The notes under the pieces were generated by a model that saw only the letters and a program-made list of their open reading frames with translations, was not told where the DNA came from and searched no databases. A stretch of DNA of 64,000 nt. Origin: Alphaproteobacteria bacterium. Its GTDB lineage: Bacteria > Pseudomonadota > Alphaproteobacteria > UBA828. Positions within the stretch are counted from its first letter, which is position 1, and each line of letters begins with the position of its first letter. Location of the stretch: the NCBI GenBank assembly GCA_965214705.1, contig CBDCCI010000002.1:2688001-2752000 (forward strand), read 5' to 3'. Below are positions 12,659 through 23,277 of this stretch, one piece after another. Made by a program: the position numbers and the translations under genes.

Positions 12659-13888
12659 ATGCTAGGGAGATTCGCAGCTCTCGTGGCGCTAGGCGCATTG
12701 GTCGCCGCGCCGTTGGCCCACCAACAGCAGGCGAAGGCAGACGACCACGAGGTGGTGATCGGCTTCGCCATCGCGTTCAGCGGCTGGATGAACCAGTACG
12801 ACGGCCCGCCCTATCAGGGCTCGCTGATGGCGATCGAGGAGTTCAACGAACAAGGTGGCATCCTCGGCAAGCAGATCCGGGCGGTCACTTCCGACACCAA
12901 GACCGACACGGTGCAGGGCGCCAAGGCCGGCGCTGACGTGGTGGCGCAGGGAGCGCAGTTCATGGTGGTCTCCTGCGACTACGACATGGGCGCGCCTGCC
13001 GCGACGGTCGCCAACAGCAACAACATGATCTCGATCTCGTCCTGCGCATCGGACGCCAAGATGGGCGTCCAGGGCATCGGGCCCTACGCGTTCACGCTCA
13101 ACACTTACGGCCAGGGCGAGGGCGCCGGCATGGCCAAGTACGCCTACGTGGACCGGGGCTGGCGCAAGGCCTTTCTGCTTCTCGATGCCTCGATCGAGTA
13201 CGACAAGAGCATCTGCCACGGCTTCCTGGAGCAGTGGAAGGACTATGGCGGCGAGGTGATCGGCGTCGACAGCTACATGCAGGAGGACGCCTCCATCGCC
13301 TCGCAGATCACCCGCTACAAGGAGCTGGCGGCAGAGCGTGGCGAGCCCGAGTTCCTCTATCTCTGCTCCTACGGCGCTGGCGCGGTGAGCGCGATCCGGC
13401 AGATCCGGGCGGCCGGGATCGACGTTCCCATCGGGGGCGGCGATTCCATGGACGGCGACTACTGGTCCGAGGCGGTCCCCGGCCTCAGCGACCACTACGC
13501 GTCGTCCTTCGGCTCGATCTGGGGCGACGACCCCCGGCCCGAGGTGAACGAGTTCTTCGACCGCTACCGTGCGAAGTACGGCGAGCCCGAGACCTCGTTC
13601 CCGCTCAACGGCTACAGCGTGATCCAGGCGATCAAGGTGGCGGCCGAGCGGGCTGGCTCGCTGGATTCAGACGCCGTGCTGGCCGAGATGAACAAGTTCG
13701 ACAAGGAGCCGCTGCTCTGGGGTCCGACCACGTACACGGCCGACACCCACATCGACCTCACGCACGTGCTGACGATCATCCAGATCCAGGATGGCAAGGG
13801 CAGCTACGCCGGTCAGGGCGGTGCCGAGAACCCACCGGCGCTCCAGCTCATCTTCCCGGACTTCACCGAGGACCTTTACGAGAACTAG
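12659..13888 (+). CDS. Liv-type ABC transporter substrate-binding protein
   Basis: Signal peptide; NEQGGILGKQI periplasmic binding protein type I signature; leads a livHMGF-like operon. Confidence 0.88.
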   Translation: MLGRFAALVALGALVAAPLAHQQQAKADDHEVVIGFAIAFSGWMNQYDGPPYQGSLMAIEEFNEQGGILGKQIRAVTSDTKTDTVQGAKAGADVVAQGAQFMVVSCDYDMGAPAATVANSNNMISISSCASDAKMGVQGIGPYAFTLNTYGQGEGAGMAKYAYVDRGWRKAFLLLDASIEYDKSICHGFLEQWKDYGGEVIGVDSYMQEDASIASQITRYKELAAERGEPEFLYLCSYGAGAVSAIRQIRAAGIDVPIGGGDSMDGDYWSEAVPGLSDHYASSFGSIWGDDPRPEVNEFFDRYRAKYGEPETSFPLNGYSVIQAIKVAAERAGSLDSDAVLAEMNKFDKEPLLWGPTTYTADTHIDLTHVLTIIQIQDGKGSYAGQGGAENPPALQLIFPDFTEDLYEN

Positions 13889-13900
13889 CCAGCGTTACCT

Positions 13901-13934
13901 GAAGGCCGGTCCGCCGCGCGGCGGGCCGGCCTTC
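13901..13934 (+). other. GC-rich hairpin between the binding protein and permease genes (mRNA stabiliser or partial terminator)
   Basis: GAAGGCCGG...CCGGCCTTC inverted repeat without a strong U tract. Confidence 0.55.
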
Positions 13935-13966
13935 GGCACTCTCGTGGTTGTCTTCCAGGGGCCGCC

Positions 13967-14881
13967 GTGACCGGACTGGTCCAGAACGCCATCGACGCGC
14001 TTGCGCTGGGCAGCCTTTACGCGCTGACGGCGCTCGGCATCGGGCTGATCTTCGGCGTCATGCGGCTGATCAACTTCGCCCATGGCGACCTCATCATGAT
14101 AGGCGGCTATGCGCTGATCGTGCCGTCGAGCGCCGCCGCAGCGGTCGCCTTCATCGGCGCCTGGCCGGCCCCGGCGATGGTCGCCGCCATCGTCTTCATC
14201 GTCATGCTGTTCGCATTGGCGTGCGAACGCCTGGCCTTCCGGCCGCTCAGGCGCGCCAACCCGTCGGTACTGCTGATTACCTCGTTTGCGCTCAGCTTCT
14301 TCCTCGAACACCTGGTGGTGATGATCTATGGCGGCCGGGTGAAGGCGGTGAGCATCTGGCCCGAGCTGCTGGAGGTCTTGCCCATCAGCGGCGTGCGCAT
14401 TCCGTATCTGCAGATCGTCACCATCGGGGTGACGATCGGGCTGCTGGTGCTGCTGGTGGTCTTCCTCAAGCGCACCCCCATGGGCATCCAGATGAGGGCC
14501 GCGTCGGAGGATTTCTCCACGGCACGGCTGCTCGGCGTGCGCGCCAACCGGGTGATCGCCGTGGCCTTCGCCATCAGCGGCTTACTCGCCGCCGTGGTCT
14601 CGCTGCTCTACGTCTCGCAGGTGGGCGCGCTCACCTACAGCATGGGAATCCCGCTGGTGCTGTTCGCCTTTGTCGCCACCGTGGTGGGCGGCATGGGGAG
14701 CCTGACAGGCGCGGTGCTCGGCGGCTTCGTGGTCGGCATCGCAAGCGTGGTGCTCCAGGTGGCGCTGCCGGTGGCCATGCGGCCCGACCGTGACGTCTTC
14801 GTCTACGGACTGATCCTGCTGATCCTGCTGATGCGGCCCTCGGGCCTGGTGAAGGTGAAGTCGATCGAGGAGAAGGTCTGA
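13967..14881 (+). CDS. livH: Branched-chain amino acid ABC permease (LivH-like)
   Basis: LIFGVMRLINFAHGD; MRAASED...ARLLGV; VVGGMGSLTGAVLGG. Confidence 0.9.
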   Translation: MTGLVQNAIDALALGSLYALTALGIGLIFGVMRLINFAHGDLIMIGGYALIVPSSAAAAVAFIGAWPAPAMVAAIVFIVMLFALACERLAFRPLRRANPSVLLITSFALSFFLEHLVVMIYGGRVKAVSIWPELLEVLPISGVRIPYLQIVTIGVTIGLLVLLVVFLKRTPMGIQMRAASEDFSTARLLGVRANRVIAVAFAISGLLAAVVSLLYVSQVGALTYSMGIPLVLFAFVATVVGGMGSLTGAVLGGFVVGIASVVLQVALPVAMRPDRDVFVYGLILLILLMRPSGLVKVKSIEEKV

Positions 14882-14882
14882 G

Positions 14883-16031
14883 ATGGCCGGGCCGGGTGGC
14901 AGTGGCATGGAACGGCGCGACCTGATCTTGCGCCTGCCCGTCGTGAGCTTGCGCGTCTTCTGGACGCCCATCGTGCTCTCCCTCGGCATGCTCGTCATCG
15001 TGCTTGCGGTGTGGGCGAGCGGAGACACGGTGCTGGCGCTCGCGGTCACCGCCGCGCTGATCCGCGCGGTGATGGTGATCGGCCTCTATATCTTCATCGG
15101 CAACTCGGGCGTGCTGGCCTTCGGCCACGCCACCTTCATGATGGTGGGCGCCTACGGCGTGGCGTGGCTGACGCTCCGCCCCTTCAACAAGAGCTTCGCC
15201 CTGCAGCTGCCGGAGTTCCTGGCGGCGCACCAGTACCCGATGCTGCCATCGGCAATCGCAGCCGCGCTGCTCGCCGCCATCGTCGCCTTTGTCGTCGGCA
15301 TCCCGATCATGCGGCTCTCGGGCATCGCCGTGGCCATCGCGACGCTCGCCGTGCTCGGCATGTTCAAGACCTTCTACTCCAACTGGAGCGAGTGGACCCT
15401 GGGTGCAGCGACCATGCCGGGCATCCCGATCTACGTGGACATGTGGATCGCGCTCGCCTGGGTCGTGGTGGCGCTCTTTGCCGCCTACATCTACCAGCGC
15501 TCGAAGTACGGCCTGGCACTCCGGGCTTCGCGGGAGGACGAGTTCGCGGCCCGCGCGGCCGGAATCAACATCCCGCGCCAGCGCCTCGTCGCCTTCGTGC
15601 TGAGCGCCTTCTTCATGGGCATCGGCGGGGTGCTGGAGGCACACTATCTCGGCACCATCGCGGTCAAGAATTTCTGGCTCACCATCACCTTCATTCTGCT
15701 CGCCATGCTGATCGTGGGCGGTCAGCGCAGCCTCACCGGGGCGCTGGTGGGCGTGGTGGTGATCTCGACCCTGATCGAGATTCTGAACTCCCTCGAAGCC
15801 GGCATGAACGTGGGCATTGCGGTGCTCTCTGTGCCGATCGGGGCCCAGGAGCTCACCATCGCGGGTCTCATGATCATCATCCTGGTGTTCCGGCCGGACG
15901 GGATCATGGGCGGGCGCGAGGTGCCCTGGCCCTTCGGCAAGGTAGGACGCATCGTGCGGGATCCCGGCGCGGCCGAGAGCGGGGACGACCCCCTGCGCCG
16001 GGGCGTCGCACAGCGGGACGGCGCCCCATGA
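14883..16031 (+). CDS. livM: Branched-chain amino acid ABC permease (LivM-like)
   Basis: GNSGVLAFGHATF; LRASREDEFAARAAGIN; FRPDGIMG. Confidence 0.88.
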   Translation: MAGPGGSGMERRDLILRLPVVSLRVFWTPIVLSLGMLVIVLAVWASGDTVLALAVTAALIRAVMVIGLYIFIGNSGVLAFGHATFMMVGAYGVAWLTLRPFNKSFALQLPEFLAAHQYPMLPSAIAAALLAAIVAFVVGIPIMRLSGIAVAIATLAVLGMFKTFYSNWSEWTLGAATMPGIPIYVDMWIALAWVVVALFAAYIYQRSKYGLALRASREDEFAARAAGINIPRQRLVAFVLSAFFMGIGGVLEAHYLGTIAVKNFWLTITFILLAMLIVGGQRSLTGALVGVVVISTLIEILNSLEAGMNVGIAVLSVPIGAQELTIAGLMIIILVFRPDGIMGGREVPWPFGKVGRIVRDPGAAESGDDPLRRGVAQRDGAP

Positions 16032-16837
16032 TGGACCGGCTCGCCCGCAGGCTGATCCCGGCGCGGCCCGGCGCGGCGTCCCTGGCCCTTGCCGGCACGC
16101 CTGAAGACACGCTGGAAGCCTTCGATGTCACGGTCCATTTCGAGGGGCTCGCAGCCGTGGACGGGGTCTCCATCTCGATGCGGAACGGCGAGGTGTTCGG
16201 GCTGATCGGACCCAACGGCGCCGGCAAGACCACGCTCGTCAACGCGATGACCGGTTTCCAGCGTCCGACACGGGGGCGGGTCGTCCTGGGCGGCGAGGAC
16301 GTGACCGGGCTTTCCGCGCACGAGCTGGGCCGGCGGGGGCTCGCGCGGACCTTCCAGGCGGTGCGGCTCTTCCGCGACATGCCGGTGATCGAGAACCTGG
16401 AGGCCGCCGCCGTGGGCACCGGTCTCGGCCGCCGCGAGGCCGCGCGCCGGGCCTCGCGCATCCTGGCCTGGATGAGGTTCGCGCACAGGGCGGACGACTG
16501 GGCGGACACGTTGCCCTACGGCGACGAGCGCCGGGTCGGCATCGGCCGTGCGCTCGCCATGGCGCCCCGCTTCGTGCTGCTGGACGAGCCTGCGGCGGGG
16601 CTCAGCGACGCCGAGTGCGACGAGCTGATGGGGCTGATCGCCGAGATCCCCCGGGTCTTCGGCTGCGGCGTGCTGCTGATCGAGCACAACATGCGGGTCA
16701 TCATGGGGGCCTGCCACCGCATCCACGTGATCGAGAGCGGGCGCACCGTGGCCGAGGGCTCGCCGGAGGAGATCCAGGTGAACCCCGACGTGCTGCGCGC
16801 CTATTTGGGGACCAAGTCGGCCGATGCTCGAGGTTGA
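16028..16837 (+). CDS. livG: ABC ATP-binding protein (LivG-like)
   Basis: GPNGAGKTT; GLARTFQ; LPYG; LLDEPAAG; VLRAYLG; start overlaps the livM stop. Confidence 0.9.
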   Translation: MMDRLARRLIPARPGAASLALAGTPEDTLEAFDVTVHFEGLAAVDGVSISMRNGEVFGLIGPNGAGKTTLVNAMTGFQRPTRGRVVLGGEDVTGLSAHELGRRGLARTFQAVRLFRDMPVIENLEAAAVGTGLGRREAARRASRILAWMRFAHRADDWADTLPYGDERRVGIGRALAMAPRFVLLDEPAAGLSDAECDELMGLIAEIPRVFGCGVLLIEHNMRVIMGACHRIHVIESGRTVAEGSPEEIQVNPDVLRAYLGTKSADARG

Positions 16838-17564
16838 GAACCTGCACGTCCGCTACCGGCGGCTCCGCGCGGTGCGCGGTGTGTCGCTTACCGTGGGCGA
16901 GGGCGAGATCGTCTGCCTGGTGGGCCCCAACGGCGCCGGCAAGTCGAGCACGCTGCGCAGCATCGCGGGCCTGCACCCGCCGTCGGAAGGCGACATCCGG
17001 CTCGCCGGCCGCTCCGTCAAGGGCCTCGCGCCGGAGACCATCGCGCGCCTGGGCCTTTCCATGGTGCCGGAGGGGCGCCACGTCTTCACCCAACTCACGG
17101 TGGAGGAGAACATCCTGCTCGGCAGCCAGATGCGGCGCGACCGCAAGCAGGTGAGGGCCGACTTCGAGCGCATGCTGGAGAGCTTCCCCTTCCTGCGTGG
17201 GCGGCTCTCCGCCCCCGGCGGCAAGCTCTCGGGCGGCGAGCAGCAACAGCTGGTCATCGCCCGTGCGCTGATGACGAGCCCCCGGCTCATCCTGCTCGAC
17301 GAGCCTTCCCTCGGCCTCGCGCCCATGGTGGTGGACACGGTTTACGAGATCCTCAAGGGGCTGCGCGACGAGGGCATCACACTGCTGGTGGTCGAGCAGA
17401 GCACCCATCGGGCGCTAGAGAACGGCGACCGCATCTACATCATCCGTTCGGGCCAGATCGAGCTCGAAGGCGAGTGCAGCGCGCTCACTGACGAGCGCGT
17501 CGAACAGGCCTACTTCGGCTTCGGCGAGGCGGAAGCCGAGGCGGATCACCGCTCGCGCTTCTGA
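16824..17564 (+). CDS. livF: ABC ATP-binding protein (LivF-like)
   Basis: GPNGAGKSS; VPEGRHVF; LSGGEQQ; LDEPSLGLAP. Confidence 0.92.
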   Translation: MLEVENLHVRYRRLRAVRGVSLTVGEGEIVCLVGPNGAGKSSTLRSIAGLHPPSEGDIRLAGRSVKGLAPETIARLGLSMVPEGRHVFTQLTVEENILLGSQMRRDRKQVRADFERMLESFPFLRGRLSAPGGKLSGGEQQQLVIARALMTSPRLILLDEPSLGLAPMVVDTVYEILKGLRDEGITLLVVEQSTHRALENGDRIYIIRSGQIELEGECSALTDERVEQAYFGFGEAEAEADHRSRF

Positions 17565-17606
17565 GCATCTGGCGAACCGCGCGCAAGACAGACAGGAGAA
17601 AGATCT

Positions 17607-18392
17607 TTGGGCTACCACGACCGCCATATCGAGAAGGGAGCGGGACCAGCCGTGGTCTTCAGCCACGGAACGCTGATGGACGCGACGATGTTCGACCCCC
17701 AGCTCGACCATCTGGCCGAGCGGGGCTACCGGGCCATCGCCTACAACAGCCGCGTGCTCACCGGGGCGCCCGCTGCGCATACGCTCGGCGATCTGGTCGA
17801 GGATTGCCGGGTGCTCCTGGACGATCTCGGAATTCAGAAATGCGTCCTCGCGGGCATGTCGGTCGGCGGCTTCATGGCCCTGGAATTCGCCCTCGCGTAT
17901 CCGGAGCGGTTGAACGGGCTGATTCTCATCGCCGCCACGTCGAAGGACTATACGGCCGAGGAGCGGGAGGCCTACCACCGCCAGTTCGACAAGCTGGACA
18001 TCGACGGCATGGTGCCGCGAGACTTTGCCGAGTGGGTGGCGCCCTTCTGCTTCGGCGAGACGACGCTCAAGCGCAACCCGGCACTCGCGGAGAATTGGGT
18101 CGACCGCTGGGCAACGACGGTGCCGGCGCGCGCGGTGCTCTATCAGGGCCGCTCCTGGCTCGACAAGGAAGACATCACCGCGCGGCTCGCGGCCGTGCGC
18201 GTGCCGGCCCTCGTGATCCATGGCGAGGAAGACGTGCCGCTTCCCATCGAACGCGCGCAGGCGATGGCGGATGCGCTCCCCGACGCGACCTTCGCGCGGG
18301 TTGCACACGCCGGGCATTCGGTGAATCTGGAGCAGCCGGCGATCGTCAACGCGGCCATCGCCCGCTTTCTCGGCCGCCTCGACCTGTCATAA
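17607..18392 (+). CDS. Alpha/beta hydrolase
   Basis: SHGTLMD; GMSVGG; HGEED; AGHSVNLEQP; TTG start after AGGAG. Confidence 0.88.
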   Translation: MGYHDRHIEKGAGPAVVFSHGTLMDATMFDPQLDHLAERGYRAIAYNSRVLTGAPAAHTLGDLVEDCRVLLDDLGIQKCVLAGMSVGGFMALEFALAYPERLNGLILIAATSKDYTAEEREAYHRQFDKLDIDGMVPRDFAEWVAPFCFGETTLKRNPALAENWVDRWATTVPARAVLYQGRSWLDKEDITARLAAVRVPALVIHGEEDVPLPIERAQAMADALPDATFARVAHAGHSVNLEQPAIVNAAIARFLGRLDLS

Positions 18393-18443
18393 CGCGACGG
18401 AACCGAATACGGTTGCCACCCTCCGACGAAAGGAAGACCAGCC

Positions 18444-19028
18444 ATGTCAGACTCCGCATTCCTCGTGTTGCACTTTCAGAACGGCGTCGCCCATCCCGAT
18501 GGCGTGTGGGGCAAGTATTTGTTCCCGCAAGTGGAGAAGAACGGATCGGTGGGTAATGCGAGGCGGGCGCTCGACGCCGCGCGGCAGCGCGGCATGCTGG
18601 TCATCTACGTGAACATCGCCTGGCGGCCGGGCTTTCCCGAGCTGCCGGACGATACCTGCGGCCTGCTCAAGGAGGCCAAGGACAACAACGAGTGCCTGGT
18701 GGGCTCCTGGGGCGCGGACGTGATCGACGAGCTCAAGCCCGAGGGCAACGAGATCATCGTCATCAACTTCGGCTCGGACAGCTTCGAGGGCACCGACCTC
18801 GACCTGATCCTCAGAAACCGGGGAATCAAGCGCGTCTATGTCGTCGGCCAATGCATCGAGCACGTCGTCGCGACGACGGTGAAACGCGCGGTCAACATGG
18901 GCTACGGCGCCTCGGTCTTGAGGGACTGCACCAGCGGCTTCACCGACCAGAACTACGACGCCATGGTGGAGATCCTGCCGCTCTACGCCGATCTGGTCAC
19001 GGCAGACGATTTCGTCGGCATGAACTGA
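18444..19028 (+). CDS. Isochorismatase/cysteine-hydrolase fold protein with a non-canonical triad
   Basis: GSWGADVIDELKP; SFEGTDLDLILRNRGI; triad positions read H, N and V instead of D, K and C. Confidence 0.8.
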   Translation: MSDSAFLVLHFQNGVAHPDGVWGKYLFPQVEKNGSVGNARRALDAARQRGMLVIYVNIAWRPGFPELPDDTCGLLKEAKDNNECLVGSWGADVIDELKPEGNEIIVINFGSDSFEGTDLDLILRNRGIKRVYVVGQCIEHVVATTVKRAVNMGYGASVLRDCTSGFTDQNYDAMVEILPLYADLVTADDFVGMN

Positions 19029-19056
19029 TCCGGTGCCCGGCTCATTCCGGCCGGGC

Positions 19057-20037
19057 TCAGACCGCCGCGATGCTCGCCTCCGCGATCAGCCGGTTGATCG
19101 CGCGGCGCTTGTTCTGCGCCTCGTCCACGGAGACGGCGCGGAAGCGGTAGACATCTCCCGGCTTCGACTGGGCGAGCTTCCAGAACGCCGCCGACGGCAC
19201 GGTGTAGGGATTGATGAAGCCGCCGGTGCTCGGCCCGTCGTTGACCAGGATGATGGGCGTCTGGCCGCAGAGATTGACCGCGCCCACCGGATAGCCGTGG
19301 TCGAGGATGTTGGAGGGGTCCTCGCCGTGCTCGGAGCGCTTGTCGGTAGCCCTCTCCGTGAAACTCCAGGCCGGTCCGTCGAGCCGGAAGCCCGTGCGGT
19401 TGCTCCGGGTCTGCACAGTCCAGTCGCTTTCCAGGAATCTGCGGTGGCCGGCCTCGTCGATCCAGTCGTCGTTGGGGCCGGGCACCGCCTCCATCTGCCA
19501 CACCCGCTCGCCGGTAAGGGGCGGCCGGCATTCTTCTCGCACCCTCCGGCCCGGCGTGCCGTTGCCCGTATCGCCACCGAGCGGCAGGTTCTGCTCCGCC
19601 TTGAGCGCGTAGCCGTCGAGCCCGCCGATCCCGGCCTGGTGGAAGGTCGCGCGTGAGCCCAGCACCGGCGTCGTGTCGATACCGCCGGCCACGGCAAGGT
19701 AGGCACGGGCGCCGAGGCGCGCGAACCCCAGCGTCAGCACCTGCCCGGCACGGACGACGAAGCTCTCCCACATGGGCGCGGGCGCGTTAACGAGGGTGGG
19801 CTGCAAGTCGGCGCCGGTGACAGCGACCACGGCGTCCCGGCCGAAGCGCAGCGTCGGGCCGGTGAACTGGCATTCGAGGCCGGCGGCATCCGCCGGGTTG
19901 CCCACCAGCAGATTGGCGAGGCGGAAGGACCAGTCGTCCATCGGCCCGGAGAACGGAAAGCCCTGCTCCCAGTAGCCGATCCGCCCCGGCCAGTCCTGCA
20001 CCGTGGTCTCGAGGCCGGGCTTGATCACCTCCAGCAT
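19057..20037 (-). CDS. Biotin-dependent carboxyltransferase-family subunit (urea amidolyase/PxpC-like)
   Basis: MLEVIKPGLETTVQDWPGR; GPMD; ANLLVGN; SNRTGFRL; DGPSTGG. Confidence 0.88.
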   Translation of the reverse strand: MLEVIKPGLETTVQDWPGRIGYWEQGFPFSGPMDDWSFRLANLLVGNPADAAGLECQFTGPTLRFGRDAVVAVTGADLQPTLVNAPAPMWESFVVRAGQVLTLGFARLGARAYLAVAGGIDTTPVLGSRATFHQAGIGGLDGYALKAEQNLPLGGDTGNGTPGRRVREECRPPLTGERVWQMEAVPGPNDDWIDEAGHRRFLESDWTVQTRSNRTGFRLDGPAWSFTERATDKRSEHGEDPSNILDHGYPVGAVNLCGQTPIILVNDGPSTGGFINPYTVPSAAFWKLAQSKPGDVYRFRAVSVDEAQNKRRAINRLIAEASIAAV

Positions 20038-20039
20038 GG

Positions 20040-20909
20040 CTAGAAGCGCACCGTCTCGTCGATGGTGCCGAGCCAGCGGTGGTAGTTGCCGATCGAAAAG
20101 CGCTGATACTCGGCCACGTTGTGGAGGTAGGTGCCGGCTTCGACCTGGGCGGCGACGTGGTCGTACTCCTCGGCACTCGTCGGGATGAAGCGCACGCGAT
20201 CGCCGGGCCGGAAGAGCGCGAGGCTCTCGGCGAAGGCGGCGAGTCGTTGCGCGGGGCCCCAGATCGGTACCGGCGTTCGCGCGATCATCTGGTAGCCGCC
20301 CGGCGTCCTGTCGGGATAGATCGAGCAGAGCGCACCGCCAATGCCGATGGTGCCCTTGTAGGTCCAGGTGCGCGGCGGATCGTACTTGGGCGCGGTCAGC
20401 CGGCAGCGCGGGTCGAGCGGCATCAGCGAGACCAGGCCGGGATAGAAGCCCAGTGCCGCCACCCAGTAATCGGTGCCGGAATGAACGCGGGCGAGCTGCG
20501 CGAGATCGGCGAGGCCGTTGAGCCGCGCCACCAGCTCCGGGTCCTGCTCCTTGGGCGCGATCTTCGCGCAGTAGTCGTCGTAGCACTCGCGCGTCCACGG
20601 GTCGAAATAGCGGATCGGCAGGTAGAAGATCCTGCTGTCGAGCTCCAGCCCATCGAGCGGGCCCACGGCGTGGAACAGAGCGGTCACCTCGGCCACGACA
20701 TCGGCGTAGGAGATGCGCTCGAAATCGTAGCTGATCATGATCGAGGTGAGCTCGGGCACGATCTCGATGATCCCGGCGGGGCCGCTCTCGCGGATCAACC
20801 TGGAGACGCTGTGCACGCGAAAGTTGAGATCGAAGCTCATCTCGTCGCCGAGCTCCATCTCGATGAAGCGGTCGCCGCCGGGCCTGAAGACCGGCTCCGC
20901 AAAAATCAT
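20040..20909 (-). CDS. Allophanate hydrolase subunit 1/PxpB-like protein
   Basis: GGDRFIEMELG; GFYPG; GIGG; PGGYQMIART; FRPGDRVRF. Confidence 0.85.
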   Translation of the reverse strand: MIFAEPVFRPGGDRFIEMELGDEMSFDLNFRVHSVSRLIRESGPAGIIEIVPELTSIMISYDFERISYADVVAEVTALFHAVGPLDGLELDSRIFYLPIRYFDPWTRECYDDYCAKIAPKEQDPELVARLNGLADLAQLARVHSGTDYWVAALGFYPGLVSLMPLDPRCRLTAPKYDPPRTWTYKGTIGIGGALCSIYPDRTPGGYQMIARTPVPIWGPAQRLAAFAESLALFRPGDRVRFIPTSAEEYDHVAAQVEAGTYLHNVAEYQRFSIGNYHRWLGTIDETVRF

Positions 20910-21074
20910 GAACGCGCCTCCCCGCCTACCCACACCGGCGGGTCTTGGCGCGGCTTGAACGGTCGTCGCGCCCTTCATTGTCCGGCGGAGGACGCATCAC
21001 CCGGTGCGCTCTCGCCCACCGTGGGTGACGCGCCAAGCGTAGGCACCGAGCGCCATGCCGATCAAGGGGCCGGC

Positions 21075-23277
21075 CAGGGCAAATTTGTCCAAGCGGCTGG
21101 TAGGCAGTTGAGTTCTGGCCACGGGTTGTGCGGATCGGCTTTGTTGCGGGGTTTGCGGCGGGGTCTGGCCGAGCATCCGGTTCGGTCAGAGGGTTCTGGC
21201 ATTACCGTGTGGGCGGTGCGGGCGGTGCCGTCGCGATTTGGCGGTGCCCCGACATGATGGATCGCGCCACCGGCGTGGTCGGGAGCGAGGGCAGGTACGA
21301 TCTTTGCGCCCGGCTTGCCGGGCGCCGGGGTTCAGGCCGGCGCGGCGCGCTTTGCGGTCCTCGGCTGGGTGTTCCCGGTCATTTTCAGGAAGTCGAGGAC
21401 GGCGCGGACGTTGCGGGCGAGCCTGCGCACGGTCGAGGCGACCTCGAGCCCCCGGCCCTTGATCAGGCCGATGGCGAAGCGCCGCAGGCGGGTCATGTTC
21501 TCGGGGCCGAAGCCTGTGCGTATGCGGCTGCGGTCCTCGTCCCAGGTCCAGTCGAGGCAGTGGTGCGAGCTGTTCTCGATGCACCAGTGGCCGCGGTTGA
21601 GGGCGAGCAGGCTCTGCGCGTTGGCCGTGCCGGGCGTGTGGCTGGAGATCCCGTAGGCGGTCTCGGTGCCGGTCTCGCCGGTCTTCTTGTCCTGGCGGGA
21701 GCGCTCGATCATGAAGACCTGGCCGACGCCCGGGAAGTCGAGAAAGCCGTTCAACTCCGTGCTCGTCCAGATTGCCCGCTGCTCGATGCGTCCGTGCGAC
21801 AGCGCGGCCTCCTCCTCGAAGTCAGGCTCACGCTCCGGCGCCTCTTCGAAGAGCAGCGTCACATCGTCCCGCATGGTCTTCTGGTTCCCTTTCACGATGA
21901 ACATGAAGTGCGCGCCCCGGTCGAGCAGGTAGCGGGCGAACTTGCGCTGGGTTAGCAGCGCGTCCGTCGTGACCGTCTTGCCCGCGATGTTCGGGATCAG
22001 GTCCACCAGCGCCGTCACGGTGCCGATCTCGTTGGTGCGCTTTGTCTCCTCGTCGGCCCCGACTTTCAGGAGAAGTTTTTTTGGGCGAGCGTGGCCTTGG
22101 TCTCGTGCCCGACCGCGCTCATGACATGAGCCTGGGTCCCGTCCTCGTCGATGGCCCCCCTCAGGGTCTTGCCGTCGATGGCAAGCGCCGCGTCGCCTGA
22201 GCCGTGGGCCTCCTGCCACTTGCGCAACGCCTCGTCCAACTGGTCCGGGTCCACCCGGATCACCACATTGCGGATGGTCGACATCGAAGGCGGCCGGCGC
22301 ACCCCGTCGCGCAGCCGCACGCCGAAGCGGGCCAGCGCCTTCTCGCCGAGATCGTCGACCCACTCGGACATGGCCTTCCAGCCTCGCATGCCGCAGAGCG
22401 TCGCGCCACTCGCAAGCGCGAGCACGCTGGGCAGCGAATGCCGCCGTCCCTTGCGCGTGCGGGGGTCGTCGATGTCCTTGAAGTAGGCGTAGAGCGACTC
22501 TTGCTGAGCGGCGCTGATCATGGTTCTCGGAACTCCTTTCTTCCACAACTCCCGATCCAGCCCGGCAGCGGACAGCCGGCGGCAGGCGTCGGGAACCAGG
22601 GGGCGCAGCAGCACAAGCTTCGGCGTCGAGCCGGCGACATAGCCCGAGCGGTGGCGCCGGAAGCCGCGGGTCTGGCCGACCGCCAGCCATCCAGCCGCCC
22701 GGTAGACCGTGCCCCGGAACCTCGCCGCGTCCACGAATGTTTCCAGCATCAGCACGGGGTGGCCGAAGCGGGCCGGCCAGTCGCGCGCCAAGCGCCGCGC
22801 GCAAAGCCCCAGCACCCGCGAGCCGAGGTTCGGAACACCCCGTCCCGGCAGGATCAGGAAGCGCGCGTTGTTCGCGATCAGATGCAGCCGCCCGTGCTGC
22901 GTGCGGAAGTCCCAGCCGATCCACTCGTCCCGCGCCCGGCACTTGCGCGCCGCAGCCGAAAACACGGCCAGCGCCAGCCACTCGCCGCGCCGATGGGCGA
23001 CGTACCACGCCGTCGCCCCCACCTTCGCAGACGCACCCAGGTAGTGATGCCCCTCCATCAGCGCGCGGAACCGGGCCTCGTCCTCCGGCCGGACAGCAGC
23101 GACATCGACCTCGGAAAGATCCACCGTAGAAACCGTCCCCCTGCTCGAAGCCGATCCGCAGCAGAACACCGCGAATCCAGTCGCCTCAATCCATAGCAGG
23201 GTTGGCGCGCGCTGACCAGACCCAAGGTCAACTCGTAGCGCAGAACTCAAAAATCAGGCTTGGACAAATTCGCCCTG
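21075..23277 (-). mobile_element. ISAs1-family IS with DUF4338/DruA-like domain, copy 1 (2203 bp)
   Basis: 20-bp IRs CAGGGC(A/G)AATTTGTCCAAGC; 10-bp TSD AGGGGCCGGC at 21065-21074 and 23278-23287. Confidence 0.92.
21332..23250 (-). CDS. DUF4338/DruA-like plus ISAs1 transposase, split by a -1 frameshift at 22075-22082; start uncertain
   Basis: ORF1: HHYLG, IANNARFLILP, LETFVD, GTVYRAAGW, then IDDPR...GRRH and AIDGKTLRG; ORF2: NEI, VTTDALLTQ, VKGNQ, HGRIEQR, RGHWCIEN, WDEDRSR. Confidence 0.85.
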
